From Eubacteriales bacterium (GTDB lineage: Bacteria > Bacillota > Clostridia > Oscillospirales > CAG-272), in assembly GCA_045630385.1 (NCBI GenBank), contig JAZQTA010000057.1, positions 14,952 to 78,951 of the forward strand: 64,000 nucleotides of DNA, in the 5' to 3' direction. The notes under the pieces were generated by a model. The model saw nothing but the letters and a program-made list of their open reading frames with translations, made no database searches and had not been told where the DNA came from. Shown here one piece after another: positions 25,439 to 35,306 of this stretch; position 1 is the stretch's first letter; each line of letters opens with the position of its first letter. Position numbers and translations under genes: made by a program.

Positions 25439-27148
25439 ATGAATAAGCAGATTGCCATCGAAATGAAGGGCGTTACGAAAACCTTCGGCAGCATTATCGC
25501 CAACAAAAACGTGGATCTCGAGGTTTACCGCGGCGAGATCCTTGCGGTGCTTGGCGAAAACGGCTGCGGCAAGACCACGCTGATGAATATGATCGCCGGC
25601 ATCTATTATCCCGATGCGGGTAGCATCTTTATCGACGGGAAGGAAGCGAGTATTCACTCCCCTGCGGATGCCTTTTCCTACGGCATCGGTATGATACATC
25701 AGCATTTCAAGCTGGTGGATCTTTTCACCGCCGCCGAAAATATTATTCTCGGAAACAAAAGCGAAGAGCGCTATAATATTGCGAACGTTTCCGCACAGGT
25801 CAAACAGATTGCGGACAGATACGGCTTCCATATCGATCCCGATAAGAAGATCTACGACATGTCGGTTTCCGAAAAGCAGACCGTTGAGATCATCAAGGTG
25901 CTTTACAGAGGCGCCGAGATCCTGATTCTGGACGAGCCCTCCGCCGTTCTTACCCCCCAGGAGACCGACCGCCTTTTCGACGTGCTTCGCAAAATGCGCG
26001 AGGACGGAAAATCCATCATTATCATCACGCATAAGCTGCACGAGGTGCTTTCGAACTCCGACCGCGTGGCCGTGCTTCGCAAGGGCGAGCATATCGGCAC
26101 GGTGAATACCGCCGAAACCACCGCCGAGGCGCTGACCGAAATGATGGTAGGAAGAAAGGTTGCGCTGAATATCGACCGCCCCATGCCCGAAAACGTGCAG
26201 GACAGACTTGTGGTCAAGGGACTTTCCATGACAAGCCTTGACGGCGTAAAGGTGCTCGACGATATCAATTTCACCGCACGCTCAGGAGAAATTCTCGGCA
26301 TCGCGGGCATTGCGGGCTCGGGCCAGCGCGAGCTTTTGGAGGCGATCGCAGGACTGAAGCCGCTCGACTGCGGCGAGATCGTTTTCAACCGCCCGAAGAA
26401 AAACCTTCCCGTTTCCTTTTATCATAAAACCCTTTCGGACGTTAAGGCACTTGCCGCCGAGGGGAAATTCCATTATGAGGACGGCTCTGCCGTTGACTTT
26501 TCCGGCATGACGAATACCGAGATCCGCGCACTCGTGAACGCCGGAAAGGTGCTTTTCAACGAGGATGACGTGATGAGCCTGCGTGACAAAACGCCTCTGC
26601 AGATCCGCGAGGTCGGCGTTCGCCTCTCCTTCGTTCCCGAGGATAGACTCGGCATGGGTCTTGTCGGAAACATGGATATCGTGGATAACATCATGCTCCG
26701 CAGCTACCGCAAATCAAACTCCATATTCGTGGACCGAAAGAAGCCGAGCGATCTTGCAGACAGGATCGTCAAGGATCTGGAGGTTGCCACGCCGAATACC
26801 CGCACCGCCGTGCGCCGTCTTTCGGGCGGTAACGTGCAGAAGGTGTTGCTCGGAAGAGAGATCGCGGCCGCGCCCGCCGTTCTGATGGCGGCCTACCCCG
26901 TCAGAGGTTTGGATATCAACTCTTCCTATACGATCTATAATCTTCTCACCGAGCAGAAGAAAAACGGCGTTGCCGTTGTTTTCGTCGGCGAGGATCTGGA
27001 CGTACTACTGGAGCTTTGTGACAGGATCATGGTCATTTGCGCCGGCAAGATCACCGGCATTGTGGACGGTCGTACCGTCACCAAAGAGGAGGTCGGTCTT
27101 CTGATGACGAAAACCGACGTCAATGCCGAAAAGGAGGTTACGAAATGA
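25439..27148 (+). CDS. ABC transporter ATP-binding protein (duplicated ABC domains)
   Basis: The ORF is 569 aa with Walker A motifs GENGCGKTT and GIAGSGQRE, and LSGGNVQKV. Confidence 0.9.
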   Translation: MNKQIAIEMKGVTKTFGSIIANKNVDLEVYRGEILAVLGENGCGKTTLMNMIAGIYYPDAGSIFIDGKEASIHSPADAFSYGIGMIHQHFKLVDLFTAAENIILGNKSEERYNIANVSAQVKQIADRYGFHIDPDKKIYDMSVSEKQTVEIIKVLYRGAEILILDEPSAVLTPQETDRLFDVLRKMREDGKSIIIITHKLHEVLSNSDRVAVLRKGEHIGTVNTAETTAEALTEMMVGRKVALNIDRPMPENVQDRLVVKGLSMTSLDGVKVLDDINFTARSGEILGIAGIAGSGQRELLEAIAGLKPLDCGEIVFNRPKKNLPVSFYHKTLSDVKALAAEGKFHYEDGSAVDFSGMTNTEIRALVNAGKVLFNEDDVMSLRDKTPLQIREVGVRLSFVPEDRLGMGLVGNMDIVDNIMLRSYRKSNSIFVDRKKPSDLADRIVKDLEVATPNTRTAVRRLSGGNVQKVLLGREIAAAPAVLMAAYPVRGLDINSSYTIYNLLTEQKKNGVAVVFVGEDLDVLLELCDRIMVICAGKITGIVDGRTVTKEEVGLLMTKTDVNAEKEVTK

Positions 27149-28263
27149 AGGATTTTTTCAAAAATCTTGAGCTTCCCTTCCACGTAGTGAAGCGAAGCAC
27201 GATCCCCGTATGGAAGTCGATGCTTTTCCGCGTGATCGCCGTGGTGGCCGCGCTTCTCCTCTGCTCGATCCTTGCGGTCTTTATGATCGATGCCTCTCCG
27301 ATTAAATTTATCACAACGATGTTTGACGGTGCGTTCGGCTCGGGGCGCCGCATCTGGAAGTTCGCAATGGATACCTGCGTTCTGCTTTGCATCGCGCTTG
27401 CGATCACGCCCGCCTTCAAGATGCGCTTTTGGAACATCGGCGCAGAGGGACAAACGCTGATCGGCGCGCTGGCGGCGGTTGCCGTGATCATTCACGGCAA
27501 GGGACTGCCCAACTGGTTTCTGCTGATCTTAATGTTCATCGCCGCCGTTCTCGTCGGCGCGGTCTGGGGCGGTATCCCCGCCGTCTGCAAGGCGATCTGG
27601 GGCACGAACGAAACCCTCTTCACTCTGATGATGAACTACGTAGCCACCGGTCTTGTTTCCTACTACCTGCTTCTTTGGACGCCCAGCGGCTCAAGCGTGC
27701 TCGGAAGACTGAATACGGGACATCTTCCCGTTTTGGGGCATGAATATCTTCTGCTTATTCTCCTCGTGCTGGCGCTCACCGCCGCCGTTTACGTGTATCA
27801 GAAGTACACCAAGCAGGGCTATGAGATCTCGGTCGTCGGCGAATCCGAGAACACCGCAAACTATATCGGCATCAACGTCAAAAAGGTCATCATCCGCACG
27901 ATGCTCATTTCGGGCGCGATCTGCGGCTTTGCGGGCTTTTTGATCGTCGGTGCGCTGGACCACTCGGTCGCAGTCACCTCGGTGGGCGGCAGAGGCTTCA
28001 CCGCCATCATGGTTTCCTGGCTTGCGAAATTCAATCCCCTGATTATGATCGGCACCTCCGCCTTCATCACCTTCTTAAAGCAGGGTGCGGCGCAGGTCAC
28101 CTCAACCTTTAACGTAGACTCTGCCTTCCCCGACGTAGTGGTCGGCATCGTTCTCTTCTTTATCATCGGCTGTGAATTCTTCATCGGCTATCAGCTTAAA
28201 TTCAAGCTGAACGAAAAAGCCAAGGAAGAGCTTAACAAAAAGGAAGGAGGATCCTTGAAATGA
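27145..28263 (+). CDS. ABC transporter permease
   Basis: This is track ORF 27037..28263, trimmed to MKDFFKNLE (RBS AAGGAGG, ATGA overlap with the upstream stop). The protein is multi-TM. Confidence 0.85.
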   Translation: MKDFFKNLELPFHVVKRSTIPVWKSMLFRVIAVVAALLLCSILAVFMIDASPIKFITTMFDGAFGSGRRIWKFAMDTCVLLCIALAITPAFKMRFWNIGAEGQTLIGALAAVAVIIHGKGLPNWFLLILMFIAAVLVGAVWGGIPAVCKAIWGTNETLFTLMMNYVATGLVSYYLLLWTPSGSSVLGRLNTGHLPVLGHEYLLLILLVLALTAAVYVYQKYTKQGYEISVVGESENTANYIGINVKKVIIRTMLISGAICGFAGFLIVGALDHSVAVTSVGGRGFTAIMVSWLAKFNPLIMIGTSAFITFLKQGAAQVTSTFNVDSAFPDVVVGIVLFFIIGCEFFIGYQLKFKLNEKAKEELNKKEGGSLK

Positions 28264-29210
28264 TGCTTCTTGACTATATTCTGACCTCGGTTGCGATCGG
28301 CATGACCTTCCTTCTCGGCTGCACGGGTGAGATCCTCACCGAAAAGGCGGGGCATCTGAACCTCGGAATTCCCGGCATTATGTGCATCGGCGGTGCTTCG
28401 GGCTGTCTTGCTCTGAAGGCTTGCTATGATCTTCCCGGATTTTTGGCGGTTATCATTGCGATCATCGCCACAATTCTCGGCGGTGCGCTGATGGGCGCGA
28501 TCTACAGCTTTCTGACCGTTACCCTCAAGTCGAACCAGAACGTGACCGGTCTTGCGATGACCACCTTCGGCGTCGGCGTAACGAAATACGTTATGAACGG
28601 CATGGCGATCAACGCAACGAGAAACTATCTTTACGCGCTCAAATACTTCCGTGCCCCCTTCGCATCCGCAGACACCGGTCTTAAGTATTGGGGCATTATG
28701 ATGTATCTTGCAATCGGCATTGCTTTGGCCTCGGCCTACGTGCTGACGCGCACGAGAGTTGGTCTTCATCTGCGCGCCGTGGGCGAAAACCCCGCTACGG
28801 CAGACGCCGTCGGCATCAACGTGACCGCGTATAAATACGGCGCGACCTGCATCGGAAGCGCGGTGGCGGCGCTCGGCGGACTTTACTACATCATGGACTA
28901 TATGGGCTCGATGGAGGCTTATAAGACCATCGAAGCACTCGGCTGGCTCTCGGTGGCGCTGGTTATCTTCACGCTGTGGAGACCGCAGATCAGCATCATC
29001 GGCTCGATCATCTTCGGTCTTCTCTACCTCGCGGGCACGCGCATCCCCACCCTGCTTGGCATTAAGCTCGACATGAGCGCAACGCCGCTTCTGCAGATGC
29101 TTCCCTATCTCGTCACGATCATCGTTCTGATCATCACGAGCATTGGAAAGAAGCGCGAAAACCAACCGCCCGCATCTCTCGGAATTCCTTATTTCAGAGA
29201 GGAAAGATAA
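28260..29210 (+). CDS. ABC transporter permease
   Basis: The ORF is 316 aa and multi-TM. Its start overlaps the previous stop. Confidence 0.85.
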   Translation: MMLLDYILTSVAIGMTFLLGCTGEILTEKAGHLNLGIPGIMCIGGASGCLALKACYDLPGFLAVIIAIIATILGGALMGAIYSFLTVTLKSNQNVTGLAMTTFGVGVTKYVMNGMAINATRNYLYALKYFRAPFASADTGLKYWGIMMYLAIGIALASAYVLTRTRVGLHLRAVGENPATADAVGINVTAYKYGATCIGSAVAALGGLYYIMDYMGSMEAYKTIEALGWLSVALVIFTLWRPQISIIGSIIFGLLYLAGTRIPTLLGIKLDMSATPLLQMLPYLVTIIVLIITSIGKKRENQPPASLGIPYFREER

Positions 29211-29235
29211 TAAAAGCAAATTTTCATTTACAAAA

Positions 29236-29272
29236 AACGGCAAAGGAGCACTCCTTTGCCGTTTTATTTTTT
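29236..29272 (+). terminator. Intrinsic terminator of the ABC operon
   Basis: AACGGCAAAGGAG CA CTCCTTTGCCGTT followed by a T-rich run. Confidence 0.8.
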
Positions 29273-29291
29273 ACCTTACAAATCAAGCAAA

Positions 29292-29330
29292 GCAAAAGAT
29301 GGGCGCGCCGCAAAAATGCGGCGCGCCCAT
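29292..29330 (-). terminator. Intrinsic terminator of xpt
   Basis: The 13-bp stem ATGGGCGCGCCGC ... GCGGCGCGCCCAT has a T-tract on the minus strand. Confidence 0.7.
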
Positions 29331-29337
29331 TTCGTTT

Positions 29338-29943
29338 TTATTTCTGCTCGCGGAAAACAACCGTTTTCGTCTCGGCGTCCATCGATTCCACGATGGCAAG
29401 CGACTCCAGGTGATATCCGAGATTGCGGATGCTTCTGCCGCCGTACTGGAAGCCCTTTTCGATCGCGATGCCGATGCCCGCAACACTTGCGCCCGCCGAT
29501 TCCGTGATCGAGATCAACCCCTGCAGAGCACAGCCGTTCGCCAAGAAGTCATCCACGATCAGCACCTTATCGTCAGCCGAAAGGAATTTTTTGGAGACGA
29601 TGACCTGATTTTTATTTTTGTGCGTGAAGGACTCCACCTCGGCACTATACATATCGCCGTCGATATTGATGCTCTTCGCCTTCTTGGCAAACACCATCGG
29701 TACGCCGAAGCAGCGTGCCGCCGCGTAGGCGATCGCAATACCCGATGCCTCGATTGTCAGCACCTTCGTGACCTGTGTATCCTTAAAGCGGCGGTGAAAC
29801 TCCTCTCCGATCTTATCGAGAAGCGCTACGTCCATCTGATGGTTCAAAAAGCTATCCACCTTCAAAACGTTTCCTTCCTTGACAACGCCGTCCTTCAAAA
29901 TGCGTTCTTCCAAAAAATTCACGGTACACACCCCACACTTCAA
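29338..29943 (-). CDS. xpt: Xanthine phosphoribosyltransferase
   Basis: The sequence [12 protein letters not shown]...[12 protein letters not shown]...[13 protein letters not shown]...[10 protein letters not shown] matches Bacillus Xpt along its length. The true start may be the GTG at 29922 (VNFLEERI). Confidence 0.9.
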   Translation of the reverse strand: MKCGVCTVNFLEERILKDGVVKEGNVLKVDSFLNHQMDVALLDKIGEEFHRRFKDTQVTKVLTIEASGIAIAYAAARCFGVPMVFAKKAKSINIDGDMYSAEVESFTHKNKNQVIVSKKFLSADDKVLIVDDFLANGCALQGLISITESAGASVAGIGIAIEKGFQYGGRSIRNLGYHLESLAIVESMDAETKTVVFREQK

Positions 29944-29955
29944 ATTGATAAGAAT

Positions 29956-29984
29956 ATTATACCCCCTTCGACATCTTTTGTCAA
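29956..29984 (-). promoter_or_regulatory. xpt promoter
   Basis: On the minus strand: TTGACA (29984-29979), a 17-nt spacer, and TATAAT (29961-29956). The leader is very short. Confidence 0.7.
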
Positions 29985-30099
29985 GATATTATATCGGAGT
30001 CTGGGATTTTTTTACGAAAAATGCAATTTTTTCTCCTTTACACATATACTGTTAGTGGCGCAAGAATTTGCAGCGCACAAAGAAAAGGAGGTTTAAAAA

Positions 30100-30960
30100 A
30101 TGGCAACCTTTTTTAATCAGGCAACCTTATCCTACGGTGGCAGCACCGTCAATTCCAACACGACCGAGGCAGAGCTTCTCTCGGGTCTGACAATCACTAA
30201 AACCGCCGTGACAGGATCCTATGAAGCGGGTGGCAGTATCGTTTATGCGATTACGCTCAGCAACGTGGGAAGCGCATCCTACACCGCACTCACCATAACC
30301 GACAATCTGGGAGCGTACACTCTGCCAAGCGGCACGGGAACAGCGGTTCCTTTGACCTACGTGACCGGATCCATCCTGTATTATTTGAACGGCGTTCTCC
30401 AAAGCGCTCCCACCGTAGTCTCTGCAGGCGATCTTGAGATCAGCGGCATCAATCTGCCCGCAGACAGCACCGCCACCTTTATTTATGAGGTCAAGGCGAA
30501 TGAATTTGCCCCGATCGCCGCAGGTGCATCGATCGTCAATAACGCATCCACAAACGGCGGCGTCGGCATCGGAGAGATCTCCGACACCGCCACGGTTACA
30601 GTAAGCGAAGCACCGCAGCTGACGATCGCCAAGGCAGTTTGCCCCGCCATTCTGACCGATAACGAGCCCTTGACCTACACGATCATCGTACAAAATCTCG
30701 GCAATACGCCCATTACCGCGACGGATGGCGTGATCGTAAGCGATACCTTCAATCCCATTCTTTCGAATATCTCCGTCACCCTGAACGGCACAGCACTCGT
30801 TGAAAATACGGGCTACACCTACGATCCCAACACCGGCGCCTTTGCAACCGTGGACGGTGTGATCACCGTTCCCGCGGCGACCTACACGCAGGATCCCGCT
30901 ACAGGAGCTTTCGCCACAACGCCTGGAGTCAGCATCCTCACCATAACCGGAACCGTTTAA
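30100..30960 (+). CDS. Leaderless DUF11-like (conserved repeat domain) beta-sandwich protein
   Basis: The ORF is 286 aa with RBS AAAGGAGG. It has two repeats of the pattern L(T)I(T/A)K(T)AV ... Y(A/T)I.. N.G, as in DUF11 domains. There is no signal peptide, TM segment or sorting motif. Confidence 0.65.
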   Translation: MATFFNQATLSYGGSTVNSNTTEAELLSGLTITKTAVTGSYEAGGSIVYAITLSNVGSASYTALTITDNLGAYTLPSGTGTAVPLTYVTGSILYYLNGVLQSAPTVVSAGDLEISGINLPADSTATFIYEVKANEFAPIAAGASIVNNASTNGGVGIGEISDTATVTVSEAPQLTIAKAVCPAILTDNEPLTYTIIVQNLGNTPITATDGVIVSDTFNPILSNISVTLNGTALVENTGYTYDPNTGAFATVDGVITVPAATYTQDPATGAFATTPGVSILTITGTV

Positions 30961-31181
30961 CAGCGTATTCTTTGAACCGAAAGAATACAGCTCCAACTTC
31001 GCATAGCAATCACAATTGAGGCTGAACCAAAAGCTTTGAATCCGGCGGACGGCTCAGCCTCCTTTTATCGGATTGAGGTGAATAAAACTGTTTTATAGTT
31101 TCAGCCATATTTGCTTTCTTCCGTGCATATTTTTCCATCTTTCGGGAAATCTACCCTTAAGAAAACGAAAGGCGAAGGAAT

Positions 31182-32588
31182 ATGCAAAGTTTTTACGAGA
31201 ATTATGCTGCCAACGTGCAATATATGGAAAAGGAGCTGCGCCCGAAGGAAAACTTCGATATTCTCACGCGCACGCTCGCGGTGGGAAACGAGGAGCTGAC
31301 CTTCTTTTTCATCGACGGATTTGCCAAGGATGCACAGCTCGGAAAGTTAATGATGCATCTGCTTTCCTTGCCCCATGCGGGAAGCGCGGAGAATCTTTCA
31401 AGGAAGCTGCCGCAGATCGAGGTGGATATCTGCGAGGATATGGAGCAGGCTCTGACGGCGGTGCTCTCGGGGCAGACCGCGCTTTTCGGCACGAATTTCG
31501 GCAAAAAATGCATCCTCGTCGATCTTCGCACCTACCCCACGCGCGGCGTGGCAGAGCCGGAGGGCGACAAGGTGATGCAAGGCGCAAGAGATGGATTTAC
31601 GGAAACTTTAGTTGTCAATACGGCGCTTTTGCGCCGCCGCGTGCGCGATACGCGTCTCACGATGGAATACTGTAACCTCGGCGGAATATCCAAGACCGAC
31701 GTTGTGATCTGCTATCTCAAGGGTGTGGCAGACGAGGCCTTTGTAATGCAGCTTTCCGAGCGCATTGCCGCCCTGCGACCAAAGTCCTTAACCATGGGCT
31801 TTCAGAGCCTTGCGGAATCGCTGATCCGCTCCAGGTGGTATAACCCCTTCCCCAAGATCCGCACCACCGAGCGCCCCGACACCGCCGCCGCGCAGATCGC
31901 GGAGGGGAGCATTCTCGTCTTTTGCGACACCTCGCCCCAGGTGATGATCCTGCCGACCTCTCTTTTTGATTATCTCCAGCAAACCGATGATTACTACTAT
32001 CCGCCCCTCACGGGCACGTATTTGCGCATCGTGCGCACACTGATCCTTCTGCTCTCCGTGGTGGCAACGCCGCTTTGGTATCTCTCGCTGGAATACGCGG
32101 CGATCCTGCCCCCTTGGCTCGGCTTTCTGATCCCCAAAGAGCCGGGCGCTTTGCCCATCATTCTCCAGCTCTTTCTCGCCGAGCTTGCGATCGACGGCTT
32201 AAAGATCGCCTCCATGAACACGCCCGATATGCTCTCCAATTCCCTCTCCGTTGTCGGCGCGCTTCTGCTCGGCGACTTTGCCATCACGGTCGGTTGGTTC
32301 TGCGTGGACGTGATCCTCTATATGGCGTTCGTAGCCATCGCAAACTTCGCCCAGCAAAACCACGAGCTCGGCTACGCCTTCAAATTTATGCGCATGCTCA
32401 TTCTCGCGCTCTCCGCCCTGCTCGGCATCTGGGGGTTTCTCTTCGGCTGTGTCCTCTTCTGTGTCTTTGCGGCCACCGCAAGGGGCGTCGGCCACGGCCG
32501 CGGCTATCTCTACCCTCTGATCCCTTGGAACGGCACCGCCATGCGCCGCCTGCTCTTCCGCACGCGCAAAAAGGATTTTGATCGCTGA
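31182..32588 (+). CDS. GerA-family spore germination protein, SpoVAF-like
   Basis: The ORF is 468 aa. The soluble N-terminal domain (LTFFFIDGFAKD...) and the C-terminal multi-TM region are typical of GerAA/SpoVAF. No B or C subunit genes are adjacent. Confidence 0.75.
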   Translation: MQSFYENYAANVQYMEKELRPKENFDILTRTLAVGNEELTFFFIDGFAKDAQLGKLMMHLLSLPHAGSAENLSRKLPQIEVDICEDMEQALTAVLSGQTALFGTNFGKKCILVDLRTYPTRGVAEPEGDKVMQGARDGFTETLVVNTALLRRRVRDTRLTMEYCNLGGISKTDVVICYLKGVADEAFVMQLSERIAALRPKSLTMGFQSLAESLIRSRWYNPFPKIRTTERPDTAAAQIAEGSILVFCDTSPQVMILPTSLFDYLQQTDDYYYPPLTGTYLRIVRTLILLLSVVATPLWYLSLEYAAILPPWLGFLIPKEPGALPIILQLFLAELAIDGLKIASMNTPDMLSNSLSVVGALLLGDFAITVGWFCVDVILYMAFVAIANFAQQNHELGYAFKFMRMLILALSALLGIWGFLFGCVLFCVFAATARGVGHGRGYLYPLIPWNGTAMRRLLFRTRKKDFDR

Positions 32589-32611
32589 TATTGCAAATCA
32601 AAAACAACAAA

Positions 32612-32645
32612 TCCCGAGGCAAAAAAATCTCTGCCTCGGGAATTT
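32612..32645. terminator. Bidirectional terminator between convergent genes
   Basis: TCCCGAGGCA AAAAAATCTC TGCCTCGGGA. Confidence 0.7.
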
Positions 32646-32671
32646 GTATATAAAAATGCTTTTTACAAAAT

Positions 32672-33385
32672 TTATTCCGCAAGAAAATCAAAAAGCTTGG
32701 GCAAAAGGCCATCCAGCTCGGGATGCCCTTGCACGCCGAGGATATGGTCGCCGTATTCCACGCCCTCTACAACGAGGTCACCCTTCGCAGACCATGCGTT
32801 TACGGTGATCAGGTTTTGATCCTCCGGCGTGCAATAATTATGGAACGAACAGATGCGCATCGTATCCTGCCCCAACACCCGATGCAAAAGCGTTCCGGGA
32901 ACGATTTTAACCTCGTGCTTTGCCTCATCCTCTCTGCCTCTCGGCGGCACCTCATAGCGATGCCCGGGGATTTTTTTCAGCACCATACAATCCGTCGGAT
33001 GCTTTGCGCGGTAATCGCAGATCGCTTTTACCGTATCGCCTTCGTATCCCTCGTTTTCAACAATGCGCTTCAGCGCAAAATACGTATAAATCAGCTGATT
33101 TCCAAGACAGATGCCGAGATACCGTTTGCCGTGCGTGACGGCGTGATGAATGACCTGAAAGTGATAGGGATAAAACTCGGAGCCGCCCTGCACAAGAAAA
33201 CCGTCGCACAGCGCGAGCACTTCCTCATCCAGCAGGTTATCCGACGGCGCAATGCCAATAGGAACGCAGCCGGCCTCCGCGATTCTCTTAATATAATTAT
33301 TCCCCAGCCGATAATGATCCATCATGCAGTTTTGCTCCGGGTCGCCGCTATAAGATTTAGGCACGATACCAATTCGTTTTTTCAT
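32672..33385 (-). CDS. Class I glutamine amidotransferase-like / peptidase C26 (gamma-glutamyl hydrolase family)
   Basis: This is track ORF 32672..33445, trimmed to MKKRIGIVPK (RBS GGAG). It carries the nucleophile motif GICLGNQL and GVQGHPE. Confidence 0.8.
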   Translation of the reverse strand: MKKRIGIVPKSYSGDPEQNCMMDHYRLGNNYIKRIAEAGCVPIGIAPSDNLLDEEVLALCDGFLVQGGSEFYPYHFQVIHHAVTHGKRYLGICLGNQLIYTYFALKRIVENEGYEGDTVKAICDYRAKHPTDCMVLKKIPGHRYEVPPRGREDEAKHEVKIVPGTLLHRVLGQDTMRICSFHNYCTPEDQNLITVNAWSAKGDLVVEGVEYGDHILGVQGHPELDGLLPKLFDFLAE

Positions 33386-33603
33386 AAAAGAGATGCTCCG
33401 TTTCTCGGCACGCGATGCTTTATATGTCGCGCCATTCCGCTTCAATTATAGCAAAGGCAAGCCTATTTGTCAAGTCACGTCTGAAACAAACGAATTGAAA
33501 TAAAACTTCGTTTTCTCAAATCCGTACTTAATATTAGAGGGGGCTGTTTTCTCACAGCACCCCTCGCTTTTATTCAATTATACCAAAATGCGATAATCCC
33601 GAC

Positions 33604-35082
33604 TTATTTTGCTTTTGCCACAAACTCGCCCTGATACTCGTTGAAGAAGTCCTCTGCCGTCTTCGCCGCCTTGAATACGCAGAGCTCGGGGCTCTTGAAT
33701 GCAATATCAATGCAAAGATTACCAAAATAGCGGTCGATCACGCGAACAAGCATGCGGAACTTCTTTTCCTCTCTCCATGCGCCCGAAACCGCGCACTGAT
33801 AGAAGAAGCCCTTTGTTCTCACGCCGCCCATCTCGTCCGAATAGCCCTCCTCGGGGAAGGTCGTGAAGTTGTTTTCACAAAGCTTGAAGGGCAAGATCTT
33901 CGCGCCGCTCTTGTTCGTATAACGAAGCTCACCGCCGGTTTCTCCGTCAAAATGCAAAGAAAACTTTTCAATTCCGAGTTTATTTTCCTCTGCAAAGAAT
34001 TCCTTTCCCTCGATCTCCTTGGCAAAAGGAACGGTCTTTTCTCCCTTGATCGATGCAAGCTTCAGCTTTTCGATATAGTCGCAAAGCTTCTTATAATCCT
34101 CGGGATTTTCGGGCAGGGGCGCATCCTTTACGTGCTTTGCAACGAGGTGGCGATAGCCCTGGAAGATCAGCTGGCGAGAGGACGCGAAGCCCTGGTTATC
34201 CGAGGTGATCACGAAGATCAGCTTCTGCTCGGGGAGCACGATCGTATCCTGATTGCCCATGCCGAGGAAGGCAAAGCCCTTCTTGATGCCCCAGATCTGA
34301 TAGCCGTATCCCTGTGCGGTGATCGATTCAAAGCCGGTTTCGTTGCAGTCGCGAAGCGGCGAGGTCGCTTCCTTGATATAATCCGCGCTCATGATGTACT
34401 TGCCGTCCACCGTGCCGCCGTGCATCAGCATGCGAGCAAAGGAAGCCATATCGCGCACCGTGCAGACCAAAGCGCTGTCACCCCAGCTATGTCCGCCGCG
34501 TGCCTTCAGGACGGTCGCGGTCTTGAAGGTTCCGAGATGGCAGAACACCTTCTCGTAAAGATAATCGTAAAAGGTCTTGCCGCTGACCTTTTCCACAAGC
34601 GAGCAAAGGATCTGCGATCCCGCGCTATCGTAGTACCAGGTCGTACCGGCAGGCTTCTTCGCCTCGTTGAAGGCGTAATAGTTCTGCACTCTGTCCTTCG
34701 CCGCCGAGGTAAACCAGGTATCCCACTTCGTGGTCGCGGTTGTCATCGTCAGCATCTCGCGCACCGTCTGCGCTTGCATATATTCCGAAGGAATAACCTC
34801 CAGCTCGTCCTTGAAATAATCGTACACCTTATCGTCGAGAGAAAGCTTTCCCTCCTCCACAAGAAGACCGATCGCAATACCGACGTAACTCTTGGTCTGC
34901 GAATACATTCTGTGGCAGAAGTCCTGATTGAAGGGCTTCCAATACGCCTCGGTGAAAACCCGATCATCCTTTGCCATCAAGAGACCGTGCGTAACGAGAC
35001 CGGAGTCCTCAAGATACTCAAGAAATTCCAGAATTCTTGCGCTCTCAATGCCGCAGGATTCCGGGGTAACACTCTTAAACAT
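33604..35082 (-). CDS. Beta-lactamase-fold serine hydrolase with C-terminal extension (paralogue of 12462..13955)
   Basis: The ORF is 492 aa with an SQTKSY (SxxK) motif. It has the same architecture and many identical blocks, for example EEGKLSL(D/N)D and GYGYQIW. Confidence 0.8.
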   Translation of the reverse strand: MFKSVTPESCGIESARILEFLEYLEDSGLVTHGLLMAKDDRVFTEAYWKPFNQDFCHRMYSQTKSYVGIAIGLLVEEGKLSLDDKVYDYFKDELEVIPSEYMQAQTVREMLTMTTATTKWDTWFTSAAKDRVQNYYAFNEAKKPAGTTWYYDSAGSQILCSLVEKVSGKTFYDYLYEKVFCHLGTFKTATVLKARGGHSWGDSALVCTVRDMASFARMLMHGGTVDGKYIMSADYIKEATSPLRDCNETGFESITAQGYGYQIWGIKKGFAFLGMGNQDTIVLPEQKLIFVITSDNQGFASSRQLIFQGYRHLVAKHVKDAPLPENPEDYKKLCDYIEKLKLASIKGEKTVPFAKEIEGKEFFAEENKLGIEKFSLHFDGETGGELRYTNKSGAKILPFKLCENNFTTFPEEGYSDEMGGVRTKGFFYQCAVSGAWREEKKFRMLVRVIDRYFGNLCIDIAFKSPELCVFKAAKTAEDFFNEYQGEFVAKAK

Positions 35083-35306
35083 AGCAACGCTCCTTAATTA
35101 TAAAAAAGATTGCCGAAAGCACTTCGACAGCTTTATTATACATGATAGCCGCACCGTTGTCAACCCTCGGCGCGCATTTTTTCAGTGCTGTAAAAAGATC
35201 AAAGCTTTTTCCTTTTTCACCTTGATTTTTTGCGCGTACTATGTTAAAATAAAAAACAAAAGCGCGCGACGCTCGCGCGGCAACCGAAAACACCGGGAGG
35301 GCTTCT

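Noticed and set aside
29944-30099. Expected purine/guanine riboswitch upstream of xpt.
   Set aside because: A consensus promoter sits only about 10-35 nt from the start codon (depending on whether 29943 or 29922 is the true start), which leaves no room for an aptamer. No purine-riboswitch core sequences were seen.
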